DNA of 32,000 bases, taken from contig NW_008806284.1 in NCBI RefSeq assembly GCF_000400465.1, forward strand, positions 60,001 to 92,000, given 5' to 3'. Made by a program: the position numbers and the translations under genes. The notes below the pieces were generated by a model that was not told the DNA's origin, ran no database searches, and saw only the letters and a list, made by a program, of their open reading frames with translations. Source of the DNA: Wallemia ichthyophaga EXF-994. Lineage: Eukaryota; Fungi; Basidiomycota. Positions 1-8,314 of the stretch are shown in pieces (the first letter of the stretch is position 1; the number at the start of each line of letters is the position of its first letter).

Positions 1-680
1 TCCCCATTTGTCTACATGGTGCATTGAGTACGCGGTGATATTGTGTTCTTTCAGCAGACGCTTTTCGCCATCATCCACATCGCGTAGACCTATATACACG
101 AGACGTGAAGGGTGCAGCTGCGACTTGATCCAGCTGAATTCGGGTATATCTCCGGCAATGCCGAGCAAGAAAGATAGCTGATAAGTAAGTGGGTTAGTTG
201 AGACGTCGCACGCATTCCGCACTTATCACTCACTGGACAACCATGCAAATTACCCGTTTCTGTTGTCTCGGGTGTATTCAAGTCGGCATGAGCATCCACC
301 CACACAACACACAGTTCTGGATGAGCGCTTAAGCTGCCCGAAATGGTCCCCATGGCTAGGCTGTGGTCCCCACCCAGTGTCACAGGAAGCTTGCCTGCTT
401 GGGCGTGTTTCTTTACCTCCTGGTACACTTTCTCAGTAGCCGCGCTGACTGTTCGTGGATACTTGAGCTTGCCGATGTCCGTATCATTCTCGAGCACGCT
501 AAATCCGCTATGATCCTCTATGGCGTCGACTGATAGTCCGAGTGTCTCCACCTGCTGCGCGAGGCCGTGCTTTATCAACTGCACAGGCCCAGTCTCCGTG
601 CCACGCTTAGGCTGTCCGTGACTAAATGGCGCATTAACGAATGCTACTTGTGGTTTTACGAATTTAAAAGGAGTGGACAT
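1..680 (-). CDS. CAR1: Arginase (3' end runs off the window); intron 178-233
   Basis: Motifs LGGDHS, WVDAHADLNTP and GNLHGCP. Removing the GTGAGT..CAG intron 233-178 restores HGCP|LSFLLG...RLVYIGLRDVD. Confidence 0.95.
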
Positions 681-764
681 GGCGGTTAGTGATGAACAGG
701 CGTATCGCGTGTTATCAATGATAAAATAAATTAAAAGTACAAAAGAAGAGCGAGACTAATCAAA

Positions 765-3546
765 TCACTCCTCTTCATCATGCTGGTCATCACGCTTGAA
801 CAGATCGAGCATCTCATTCAATCCAAGCTTGTTAGACACCGCCTTGCCGCTGAGTGCTGCCTCGGCCAGTTCGCGCTTTTTCTTTTGAAGCTCGAGTATA
901 CGATCTTCTACAGTCTGCACCACCGTTAATTTGTATATATGCACTTCGCGTTTCTGTCCGAGACGGTGGGCTCTGTCGAAAGCTTGGTCTTCGAGCGCAG
1001 GATTCCACCACATGTCAGACAAAATGACGCGCGAACATATATTCAGATTAAGCCCTGTCGATCCGGCTTTGAAGGATATCAGTATGACTGATGGTGTGTT
1101 AGAGAATCAACTTTTGCACTCAAGCATAAGCGTAAGCATATGCCCTAGCATTGGCACTCCCACCTGTTGTCTTATCATCCGACTTTATCTGATTAAGCAC
1201 AGCCTCGCGTTCGATTGGATTCATAGATCCATCGTATCTTACGTACTTGTAGCCAGCTGCTTTGACGAAGCTTTCAATGATATCGAGGAATGTGACGAAT
1301 TGTGAGAATATGATGGTTTTCTCTGGGGTATTCGTGATTTTGTGGCTGCTATTTTTGTCCTTGTGATTCTTGTGATTCTTTTGATCCTTATGACCGCTCT
1401 TGTTGTCCTTCTTTTCAGTGTCCTTTCTCAATTTCGCTTCCTTCCTTTCCTGCTCCCGATCGTCATCACTTTCACTGAGCACAATCTGCTGACTCTTTTT
1501 CTTCAGGATTGATTTCTTGCTTTTACTCTTCTCGCTTTTCTCGTTCTTCTCAACGCGCTTTCTGTCATCGTCATCCGCCTTTTTTATGTCCATCGACGCT
1601 GTACGCTTGATAATTGTGTCAAGATCGTCATTTTCGCTGCTACTGATATCTATAGCTTTAGACGGGAGGCCAGCCGGATCGAGGCGCGTTTGAGGGGTGT
1701 GTGGAGTGTACGAATCTGTCTGTGTCTGTGTCTTCTGTTGTGATCGCCCTTTGGTGTTTGGTTTAATAGCAGTGCTAGTAGAAGCTGCAGCAACATCAGT
1801 AGCGCTATGCACCTCTTCCAAAATACGCATAATAGCTCTAATCTTTGCACTCTCCACCAACCCCGTCGCATCACCCGACTTATCAACTCCACTACTCCCT
1901 ACTACCTTCGCTTTTCCCTTGTCGATCTGTAGATCCTCATCGACATGCTTCTTCTCACCTACACCTAACCCAGTGAAAAGATCCGCGAGCTCATCCGCCT
2001 CTTTCTCATCCTCCTCTTCCTCCACTTTACCTGGCTGTTGTGACCGCATAGCCGGTTCGTTAGCGACAAAGTCATCCTTGCTGTAAGCGCGCGTGACGAG
2101 ATGTGGATGACAGCAAGCCTGTCTCAAACGGAGCAACAGAGTTAAGACGCTAGTGTACCTGCTATTAATAGCGCCCTCTGTCACGAACTTGCTGATAGTT
2201 TGCTGAGCGCGATCGTGAACGTTATCGTAGAATCTGCGCTCCTCCTCATCGAACAAGCACGCAACATCCGTAACATGCTTCGGGGGTAGTGTGATAAGCG
2301 CCGATCCGTCCTCATTCAAGGTGTTCTTTGTACGTCGCAGCATAACCAATTTGAGAATCAGCTGTAAACGCGCTATCGCCACTTTGACACGGCCACTTTT
2401 CATAGGCGTGCTAATGCGCGTCTTGAACTCGTCATAATGACGAAAAGGCTCTATGCGCAGGAAACGTAGCAACGCATAGAGCTCGTCGACGTTGTTCTGG
2501 ATGGGCGTACCCGTCAGACACCATCTGTAGCATGCAGATAGCCCCGCACATGCTATGCTCGTCTTACTCGTCCGGTTCTTGATGTTCTGTGCTTCGTCGA
2601 GCACAACGCGTTGGAAATTGCCCTCAAAAAGGGCGCAAAGAGGCTTCTTCTGCTTGCCAGTTTTACCCGTTTTGCTTTTGGTACCGCTACTGCTCTTACT
2701 TTTGCTGCCACCTGGCTCCTCACTCTCGTACACGCGGTGCTCAGATGACACCGTCTGGTAGCTCGTTACGACGACATCGTAATTGGCAAAGGCAGCAGCG
2801 TCGCGCGTGCGTGCTGCGCCGTGGTGTGTGAGTACGCGCACGCCGTCGCACTTACTTTTGGCCTCCGTCTCCCACTGCGCCACCACAGCTAGAGGTGCTA
2901 CGATGAGGGTAGTTTTGGACCACTCACGTACAACTTGCTTATCAGAGCTATTGGAGAGGATGAGTGCGAGAGTCTGGACAGTTTTCCCAAGTCCCATCTT
3001 AACGCTGTCAGAGTGAGCGAGTTGGATGTAAAACGCGCAACTCACATCATCAGCTAGAATACCGCCATGCTTATTAGATACGCCACTCTCGCGGTCGCGC
3101 ATCCAAGCTACACCGGCTATCTGGTGCTGGAGAAGGGTGATGTCGGGCATTCCAGGGATAGTTGCGGTGGATGGGAGATCAACATCGTCGTAATCAGCAG
3201 TCACGCCTGAAATGAGCTCGTTGAGGTGTTTGTTCGCCTCGCTGGAAGTCGTCGCCGTCGTCGTGTCTGAGGATGACGGCGTATCTTCTCGCGGGAGCGG
3301 CGTGACTGGGGGCAAGGAAACACTTGCTAGTGGGGGTGGCGATACCTGGTGGACTGCTACACGTGATGCCAATGGTTGTGGCGGGCGGGCGTAAAGGTTC
3401 TTGGATACAGGCGCTGCCCAGCCATTAGGTGCACGCTGTGGTATGCCGTATGTAGGTGGTGGTAGACCTGCTGGACGTGTACTCTGTGTACCTTGTGTGT
3501 TGTGTGTTTTGTGTGCACCGCGTGCGCCCTGGTTACCAGTATACAT
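765..3546 (-). CDS. SNF2-family DNA-dependent ATPase/helicase (Rad5/16-Uls1-TTF2-like); introns 2998-3045 and 1088-1163
   Basis: GGILADD|MGLGKT (Walker A after removing a 48-nt intron), LDEAQNIKN, LTGTPIQN, LLRLRQACCHP, KTIIFSQF, ISFKAGSTGLNL, WWNPALEDQAFDRAHRLGQ. Confidence 0.9.
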
Positions 3547-3653
3547 GACAGTATCTACTTAAAGACAAAGACACTACCCTGAAAACAAAGCAAATGTGAA
3601 ATAAATTTGTATCAACACGCTCATGACATTCAGATTCATACAAAAAGTATAGC

Positions 3654-4464
3654 TTAAGCCTCGCGAGTTTGTTGAGTACCACGTAACAAACCGGTACGTC
3701 TGGCAGCAATAAGACCAGCCTTTTGACCAGAAGGAGCATCTCTGGCGATGGTAGAGGCGTGACCAATGTGTTGGTGGTTACCACCACCGTGAGGGTGGTC
3801 TACTGGGTTCATGGCAACACCACGAGTACGTGGCCAGCAGTTTCTCTTGACCTTGAACTTGTGGTGAGCGGCACCAGCCTTGAGGAGAGGCTTGTCAATA
3901 CGACCACCACCAGCGACAATACCAATTGAAGCTCTGGATGAACCGACGACAGCCTTCTTAGCACCGGATGGAAGACGGATTCTAGTCTTACCGTCGACCT
4001 CAGAGTGACCGATGATGGTGGCGTAGTTGCCTGAAGCTCTAGCCAATGCACCTCTGTCACCAGACTTCTCCTCAATGTTGCAGATGATGGTACCTTCTGG
4101 CATTTGGGAGACAGGCAAAACGTTACCGACGGCGAGAGCAGCCTTCTTACCGCAGTAGACGAAAGCACCGGTGTAGAGACCTTCGGTAGCGATGAAGGTC
4201 TCGGTACGGAGCTTGTAGCGGTATTGGTCACGGAAAACGACACGAGCCAAAGGAGCACCACGGCCAGCGTCGTGGATGATCTCCTTGACTATACCACGGA
4301 TGTAGCCGTTACGCTCAGCATAGTCGTAAGTACGGAGCTGGGCTGGGGCCTTGTTGTGGTGGGTGTGAGACTGGAAAATACCACCGTTTTTACGCTGCGA
4401 TCTGATGACTCTACCCCTGTTTAAATTGTGAGAATATGTTAGGGCGCCTGAATAAATTTTACAT
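3654..4464 (-). CDS. RPL2: 60S ribosomal protein L2 (uL2); 46-nt intron 4417-4462 splits the start codon
   Basis: The spliced model reads [10 protein letters not shown]...[18 protein letters not shown]...[21 protein letters not shown], the canonical uL2 sequence. Confidence 0.97.
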
Positions 4465-4627
4465 TTCGTCGACGCTGTGGCTTGAAGCTAAGAGAGAAGG
4501 ATTTTTTAGAGAAGGATAAAAACTGAAAAAATTGAAGGTAAAAAGAGTGAATGGAGAGAGATATAAAAATGAATACAGATACCCATAATAGCCAGCTAAT
4601 TGAGTTGAATATGCGTGTGCGTCATGG

Positions 4628-5225
4628 TTAGTATGGCGTAATCACACCGTTAGAGCTGTTGTGGATATGTGAGTGGTTGTACACTACCAGCACTCCCACC
4701 CACCCTCTCATTGGACCTTGTTCAAATTGAATATTGATTTCTTCAACCAATGGCAATTTATTTGGTGATCTTGCGTAGAGAACGATATTCCCGTCGTTGC
4801 TATGGTATTAGTAGGTGGCTGATTGGAATAAATAGTACTCCCGCGCACCTCATCGTTGGCTGCTGCGTTGAAACTAGATTAGCTTCCTCAATCCCAGGAA
4901 GACGTGGTTTGGCGCCTGTCTGACGACGATGACGCGAGATTGTAAGTGGGTTGCTTTGGACGTATCAATTGAGTTTCATCTCTTCCAATTGCCTCCCATC
5001 TCCGCCCATCAACCCAGAAATGGCGATATCAAGAGATGGAAATGAAGCACTTACACGTCGTAGTTGAGTGAATGCGTTGAGGGCGTTGCGGGCATAGAGT
5101 TTAAACCACTCGTGGTAATATGTGCAGCTGCTGCGATTGCTGGAGGTGTGTCAAGTGGTGTGATGTGAGATGTGTGTGTGTGAGTGTTATCAGTACCCAC
5201 CGATAAAGGGGATCAAGGAGAACAT
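4628..5225 (-). CDS. Putative small secreted multi-exon protein (not in ORF track); internal splicing uncertain
   Basis: ATG at 5225 plus intron 5200-5141 gives a signal-peptide-like MFSLIPFIAIAAAAH. There is a further GTAAGT donor at 5054, and 48-49-nt introns with CTAAT/CTCAC branch sites near 4850-4800 and 4703-4656. No homolog recognised. Confidence 0.3.
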
Positions 5226-5307
5226 CGATGTAGCTGATAAAGAAGGAATTTAAATAAAGAAATCAATTTATCAACTTTACATAGACGACGGGGGTGTCTA
5301 GATTGAG

Positions 5308-6498
5308 ATGCTCACAACCATGACGGGGGATCTCAATAGGATCTACAATACGCATAAATCTAAATCAAATGAGAATAAACTCAATAAATACAAAATACTT
5401 GGTTTCTTGTCCTCCGGGACTTACGGGAAGGTGTTCAAGGCAGAGGCTGTAGATGACGCTAATAAGGTCTACGCGATTAAAAAGTTTAAACCTGATAATC
5501 AGTTGTTCATGGGAATATCTCAGTCTGCTATTCGAGAAATCAGCTTGAATAGCGAGATTAACAGCGAAAATTTGGCAAAGTTAGTCGAAGTGCTGCTCAT
5601 GGATGGAGCTATCTACATGATATTCGAATACGCAGAGCATGATTTACTACAAATCATTTATCATCACTCTCAAATTGTTAGAAATGATATTGATCCACTC
5701 GTACTGAAATCATTCCTTTACCAGCTAACAAATGGTGTACACTACTTGCACTCAAACTTTATCATCCACAGAGACCTCAAGCCTGCCAATATCCTCGTCA
5801 CAAACACTGGGGTTGTTAAGGTTGGTGATTTGGGTTTAGCTAGGGTGTTTAAGGCTCCCCTACAGCCACTCTACAACGGCGACAAAGTCGTTGTTACTAT
5901 TTGGTACAGATCCCCCGAGCTTCTCCTAGGCACACGTCACTATACGCCTGCCATTGATATTTGGGCTATTGGCTGCATATACGCTGAAATGCTATCTTTA
6001 CGTCCATTATTCAAAGGTGATGAAGTCAGGCTGGATAACAAGAAATTGCCCTTCCAATCGCATCAAATGATCTGCATTATGGACTTGCTAGGTTTCCCAA
6101 ACACGACTAGATACCCAGACATAAAAAACCTGCCTGACTACAACGAGTTGATGCAATTCAATCCCCAACAATTCTCCTATAAACTCAATCACTGGTTTGC
6201 ACAGCGATCCAACTCACTCCAAGGATTCGATCTGCTTGATAAGATGTTACAGTATGACCCGACACAGCGACTGAGCGCCAAAGACGCGCTCAACCATCCA
6301 TTCTTCACCACCGAACAACCCCAACCTCTTTCAGCCCCACTTGCAACACACAGCGAGAATATCTACCCAACGCGGCGCGTCACACACGACGGCGAGCTCG
6401 ATGGGCTTAGTAGCCAGCACAGTGGTGTCTCGGGCGCAGGCGCAGGAGGTGGAAGTGCGCAGAGTGGTCCATCACGCAAGCGAAGTCGGTTAGTGTAA
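5308..6498 (+). CDS. SSN3: Cyclin-dependent kinase 8 (Mediator kinase Srb10/Ssn3), single exon
   Basis: SSGTYGKVFKA, GISQSAIRE cyclin-binding helix, HRDLKPANILV, GDLGLAR, DKVVVTIWYRSPELLLG. Confidence 0.9.
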   Translation: MLTTMTGDLNRIYNTHKSKSNENKLNKYKILGFLSSGTYGKVFKAEAVDDANKVYAIKKFKPDNQLFMGISQSAIREISLNSEINSENLAKLVEVLLMDGAIYMIFEYAEHDLLQIIYHHSQIVRNDIDPLVLKSFLYQLTNGVHYLHSNFIIHRDLKPANILVTNTGVVKVGDLGLARVFKAPLQPLYNGDKVVVTIWYRSPELLLGTRHYTPAIDIWAIGCIYAEMLSLRPLFKGDEVRLDNKKLPFQSHQMICIMDLLGFPNTTRYPDIKNLPDYNELMQFNPQQFSYKLNHWFAQRSNSLQGFDLLDKMLQYDPTQRLSAKDALNHPFFTTEQPQPLSAPLATHSENIYPTRRVTHDGELDGLSSQHSGVSGAGAGGGSAQSGPSRKRSRLV

Positions 6499-6574
6499 TA
6501 AAGTGTATTTTAATATGACCACATGATATATCTTGATCTTCACCACCACCACACGCTGCACACAACTCAAACGC

Positions 6575-7459
6575 ATGTCGAACAACCCCGTCTACACATA
6601 TCACGAAAAACAGCACTTCAATCTCGGTGGTAACTCGCGTAAGCGTAAGATCGGGATTGAGTCGCTGCGCCGATTCGACCATTGTGCGCTATGCCTCGGC
6701 GTAGCACGCGAGGCGACGAGTACCCCGAGGGGAATTATATACTGTAAAGAGTGCATATATGCGGATCTGTTAGCGCAAAAGCAGGAGATAAAGGCTGCGA
6801 AAACCACCCTGAAGCAGCTCAAGCAGGCGCAGAAGGATGGTTCAGCAAGACGAGCAGAAATTAGCAAACAGGGAAATGTGGAGAGGTTCGATAAGGCGCA
6901 GAAGCTGGGTGGGGACAATTCACAATCTCAATCGCAATCGCAACCAAACTCAAGCTCACAATCTCACCCCACTCTACCCAGCTTTTGGCTGTCTTCTCTC
7001 CAGCCTAACATCAGCGATGAGCAGAATATTGCTGATCGGATACGCGCGTTAGAGGCCCAGAAGATGGTGACTCTCTGTCGACAGGCTACCCCTCCTCATC
7101 CACTCACACTCAAGGATCTCACGCCTGTCAAGATTAAGTACACTGACAGCGCACGCGATGTTGCTGTGTGCAGTGGATGCAATAGGACACTTAACAATTC
7201 AACTAGAATGCTTCTCACTAAATCTTGTCATAATCTTCTCTGCGGCTATTGCATAGACACTCTCTACACACCATCGCAGCAGTGCCCTGTATGCGATGAA
7301 AAGGTTGATACAAATCCAGACGATTTGATTAGGATATCCGTTGAAGGTTGGCTATTTCATTTGATTCTATTCACTCACTCACACCTTCCAGGCACCGGTT
7401 TCGCTGGTGGTGGCGGTGTTATGCTCAAGAAGAGAACAGGAACACTCGGGCTCAATTAG
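6575..7459 (+). CDS. NOSIP-like protein (N-terminal U-box/RING-like region, C-terminal RING); in-frame intron 7347-7391
   Basis: VYTYHEK, FDHCALCL...G.IYCKECIYADLL, C-terminal CSGC...CHNLLCGYC...CPVC, and EG|TGFAGGG after removing a 45-nt intron. Confidence 0.75.
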   Translation: MSNNPVYTYHEKQHFNLGGNSRKRKIGIESLRRFDHCALCLGVAREATSTPRGIIYCKECIYADLLAQKQEIKAAKTTLKQLKQAQKDGSARRAEISKQGNVERFDKAQKLGGDNSQSQSQSQPNSSSQSHPTLPSFWLSSLQPNISDEQNIADRIRALEAQKMVTLCRQATPPHPLTLKDLTPVKIKYTDSARDVAVCSGCNRTLNNSTRMLLTKSCHNLLCGYCIDTLYTPSQQCPVCDEKVDTNPDDLIRISVEGWLFHLILFTHSHLPGTGFAGGGGVMLKKRTGTLGLN

Positions 7460-7573
7460 TTTGCTAATGTGTATTATTTATATAGAGTACATTTCTCGTT
7501 GCATCGCTTTCATGTCCTGTTTTCTTGCATTAGCTAACGCGCCAACGCACCATACACACCCCAGTTACACCAG

Positions 7574-7644
7574 TGTATCAGTAAAAGCGTTTAAAGTTTG
7601 ACTTCATGTGTTTGCAGAGATTGTTCACAATACCATCATGTTGT
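7574..7644 (-). ncRNA. Box C/D snoRNA, snR52-like (25S A-loop Um2921-equivalent guide), downstream copy
   Basis: Box C ATGATGG (7639-7633), guide GTGAACAATCT followed by D' CTGC, box D CTGA (7581-7578). The guide is complementary to the conserved LSU sequence GGAUUGUUCAC, and the fifth base from D' pairs with the A-loop U. Confidence 0.8.
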
Positions 7645-7856
7645 GTGCGCTGTGGGGTGTGCTGGATGTACACAAACCCACCTCATTGTCTCATCACCAT
7701 ATTTCGTTAACGTTTACTGGAAATTCCTGTCTTGGTCGTTTGTTAGTTGGGTTCAAAACGTCCCTCAGACTCCGCGACCGCTCTTCAATGTCAGCGAATA
7801 AGCGTTATAAAGAGTTGACTTCATGTGTTTGCAGAGATTGTTCACAAAACCATCAT
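7598..7856. repeat. 42-bp direct repeat (7598-7639 and 7815-7856, one mismatch), the duplicated core of the two snR52-like snoRNAs
   Basis: TTGACTTCATGTGTTTGCAGAGATTGTTCACAA(T/A)ACCATCAT occurs twice. Confidence 0.95.
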
Positions 7857-7861
7857 TCGAG
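7786..7861 (-). ncRNA. Box C/D snoRNA, snR52-like, upstream copy
   Basis: Box C ATGATGG (7856-7850), GTGAACAATCT-CTGC, box D CTGA (7794-7791). Flanked by a 9-bp inverted repeat GACCGCTCT (7776-7784) / AGAGCGGTC (7862-7870). Confidence 0.85.
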
Positions 7862-7951
7862 AGAGCGGTCTGGATTCTGAATAAATTGTACTCACCAATT
7901 GCGTTAGTTTTGCTTCTCAGTTACACCAACTCCTTCGCTCTCCACACATGA

Positions 7952-8033
7952 TTACATTTCAGTTAGAGCTAATACATTTTATCCCTCCTCTTCTCAATGA
8001 GAATCGAGTGATAATAACTTTTCATCCTTGTAA
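7952..8033 (-). ncRNA. Box C/D snoRNA, U44/SNORD44-like (18S Am166-equivalent guide)
   Basis: Box C variant AGGATGA (8028-8022), box D CTGA (7962-7959), 5-bp terminal stem TTACA/TGTAA. The guide ATGTATTAGCTCTA is complementary to conserved 18S UAGAGCUAAUACAU. The 3' end TTAGCTCTAACTGA matches SNORD44 as recalled. Confidence 0.8.
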
Positions 8034-8154
8034 ACGAGTGTGGAGTCGTCGAAGAAAGTGATAAAGCAATGGTAAAACTAACTTACATCTTCATCCTAAA
8101 AACGATAATTAGCAAGAACACTAATAATAACACCACGCAAGACACCATCACAAA

Positions 8155-8263
8155 CACCCTCAGAGAGAAGATTTATCCCTGATAATGTCGGTCATCAATC
8201 CGCGAGTGATGAATCACACCAGAAATCCCCACAAGAATGAATAGCGATTATCATCTTGGAGTG
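8155..8263 (-). ncRNA. Box C/D snoRNA, mgU6-47/SNORD7-like (U6 snRNA Am47 guide)
   Basis: Box D CTGA (8163-8160) is preceded by AATCTTCTCT, complementary to U6 AGAGAAGAUU; the D+5 rule hits the last A of ACAGAGA. Candidate box C ATGATAA (8254-8248), C' TTGATGA (8198-8192), stem CACTC/GGGTG. Confidence 0.75.
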
Positions 8264-8314
8264 AGACTAGCGAGTGGTGTCTAGCGTGAGGTGTGAATTG
8301 CACTCACATTGCAA

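Larger units (their letters stand above)
7517..8307 (-). other. Chain of snoRNA-bearing introns downstream of the TUM1 stop: 8307-8096, 8086-7727 (containing nested 7895-7731), 7717-7517; micro-exons 8095-8087 and 7726-7718
   Basis: Minus-strand donors GTGAGT (8307), GTAAGT (8086), GTGAGT (7895), GTAAAC (7717). Branch sites GCTAAT (A 8109), ACTAAC (A 7904), ACTAAC (A 7743), GCTAAT (A 7530). Acceptors TAG 8096, AAG 7731, CAG 7727, CAG 7517. Confidence 0.75.

Noticed and set aside
4640-4740. INIQFEQGPMRGSNGV faintly recalls the phage Tad1-type motif IxFQxG
   Set aside because: The match is too short, and the rest of the fold's conserved motifs are absent.
4735-4805. Plus-strand frame IDFFNQWQFIW-TGA-SCVENDIPVVAM resembling a UxC selenoprotein motif
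   Set aside because: No SECIS is evident and there is no coherent gene model. Dikarya are not known to use selenocysteine.
6515-6577. Possible non-AUG or upstream start for the NOSIP-like gene (frame open from TTG 6533; KR before Met aligns with the family N-terminus)
   Set aside because: The similarity covers too few residues, and ATG 6575 gives an adequate start.
7598-7856. 42-bp direct repeats as a CRISPR-like array or transposon end
   Set aside because: There are only two copies, 217 bp apart, in a eukaryotic context. They are fully explained as duplicated snR52-like snoRNA cores.
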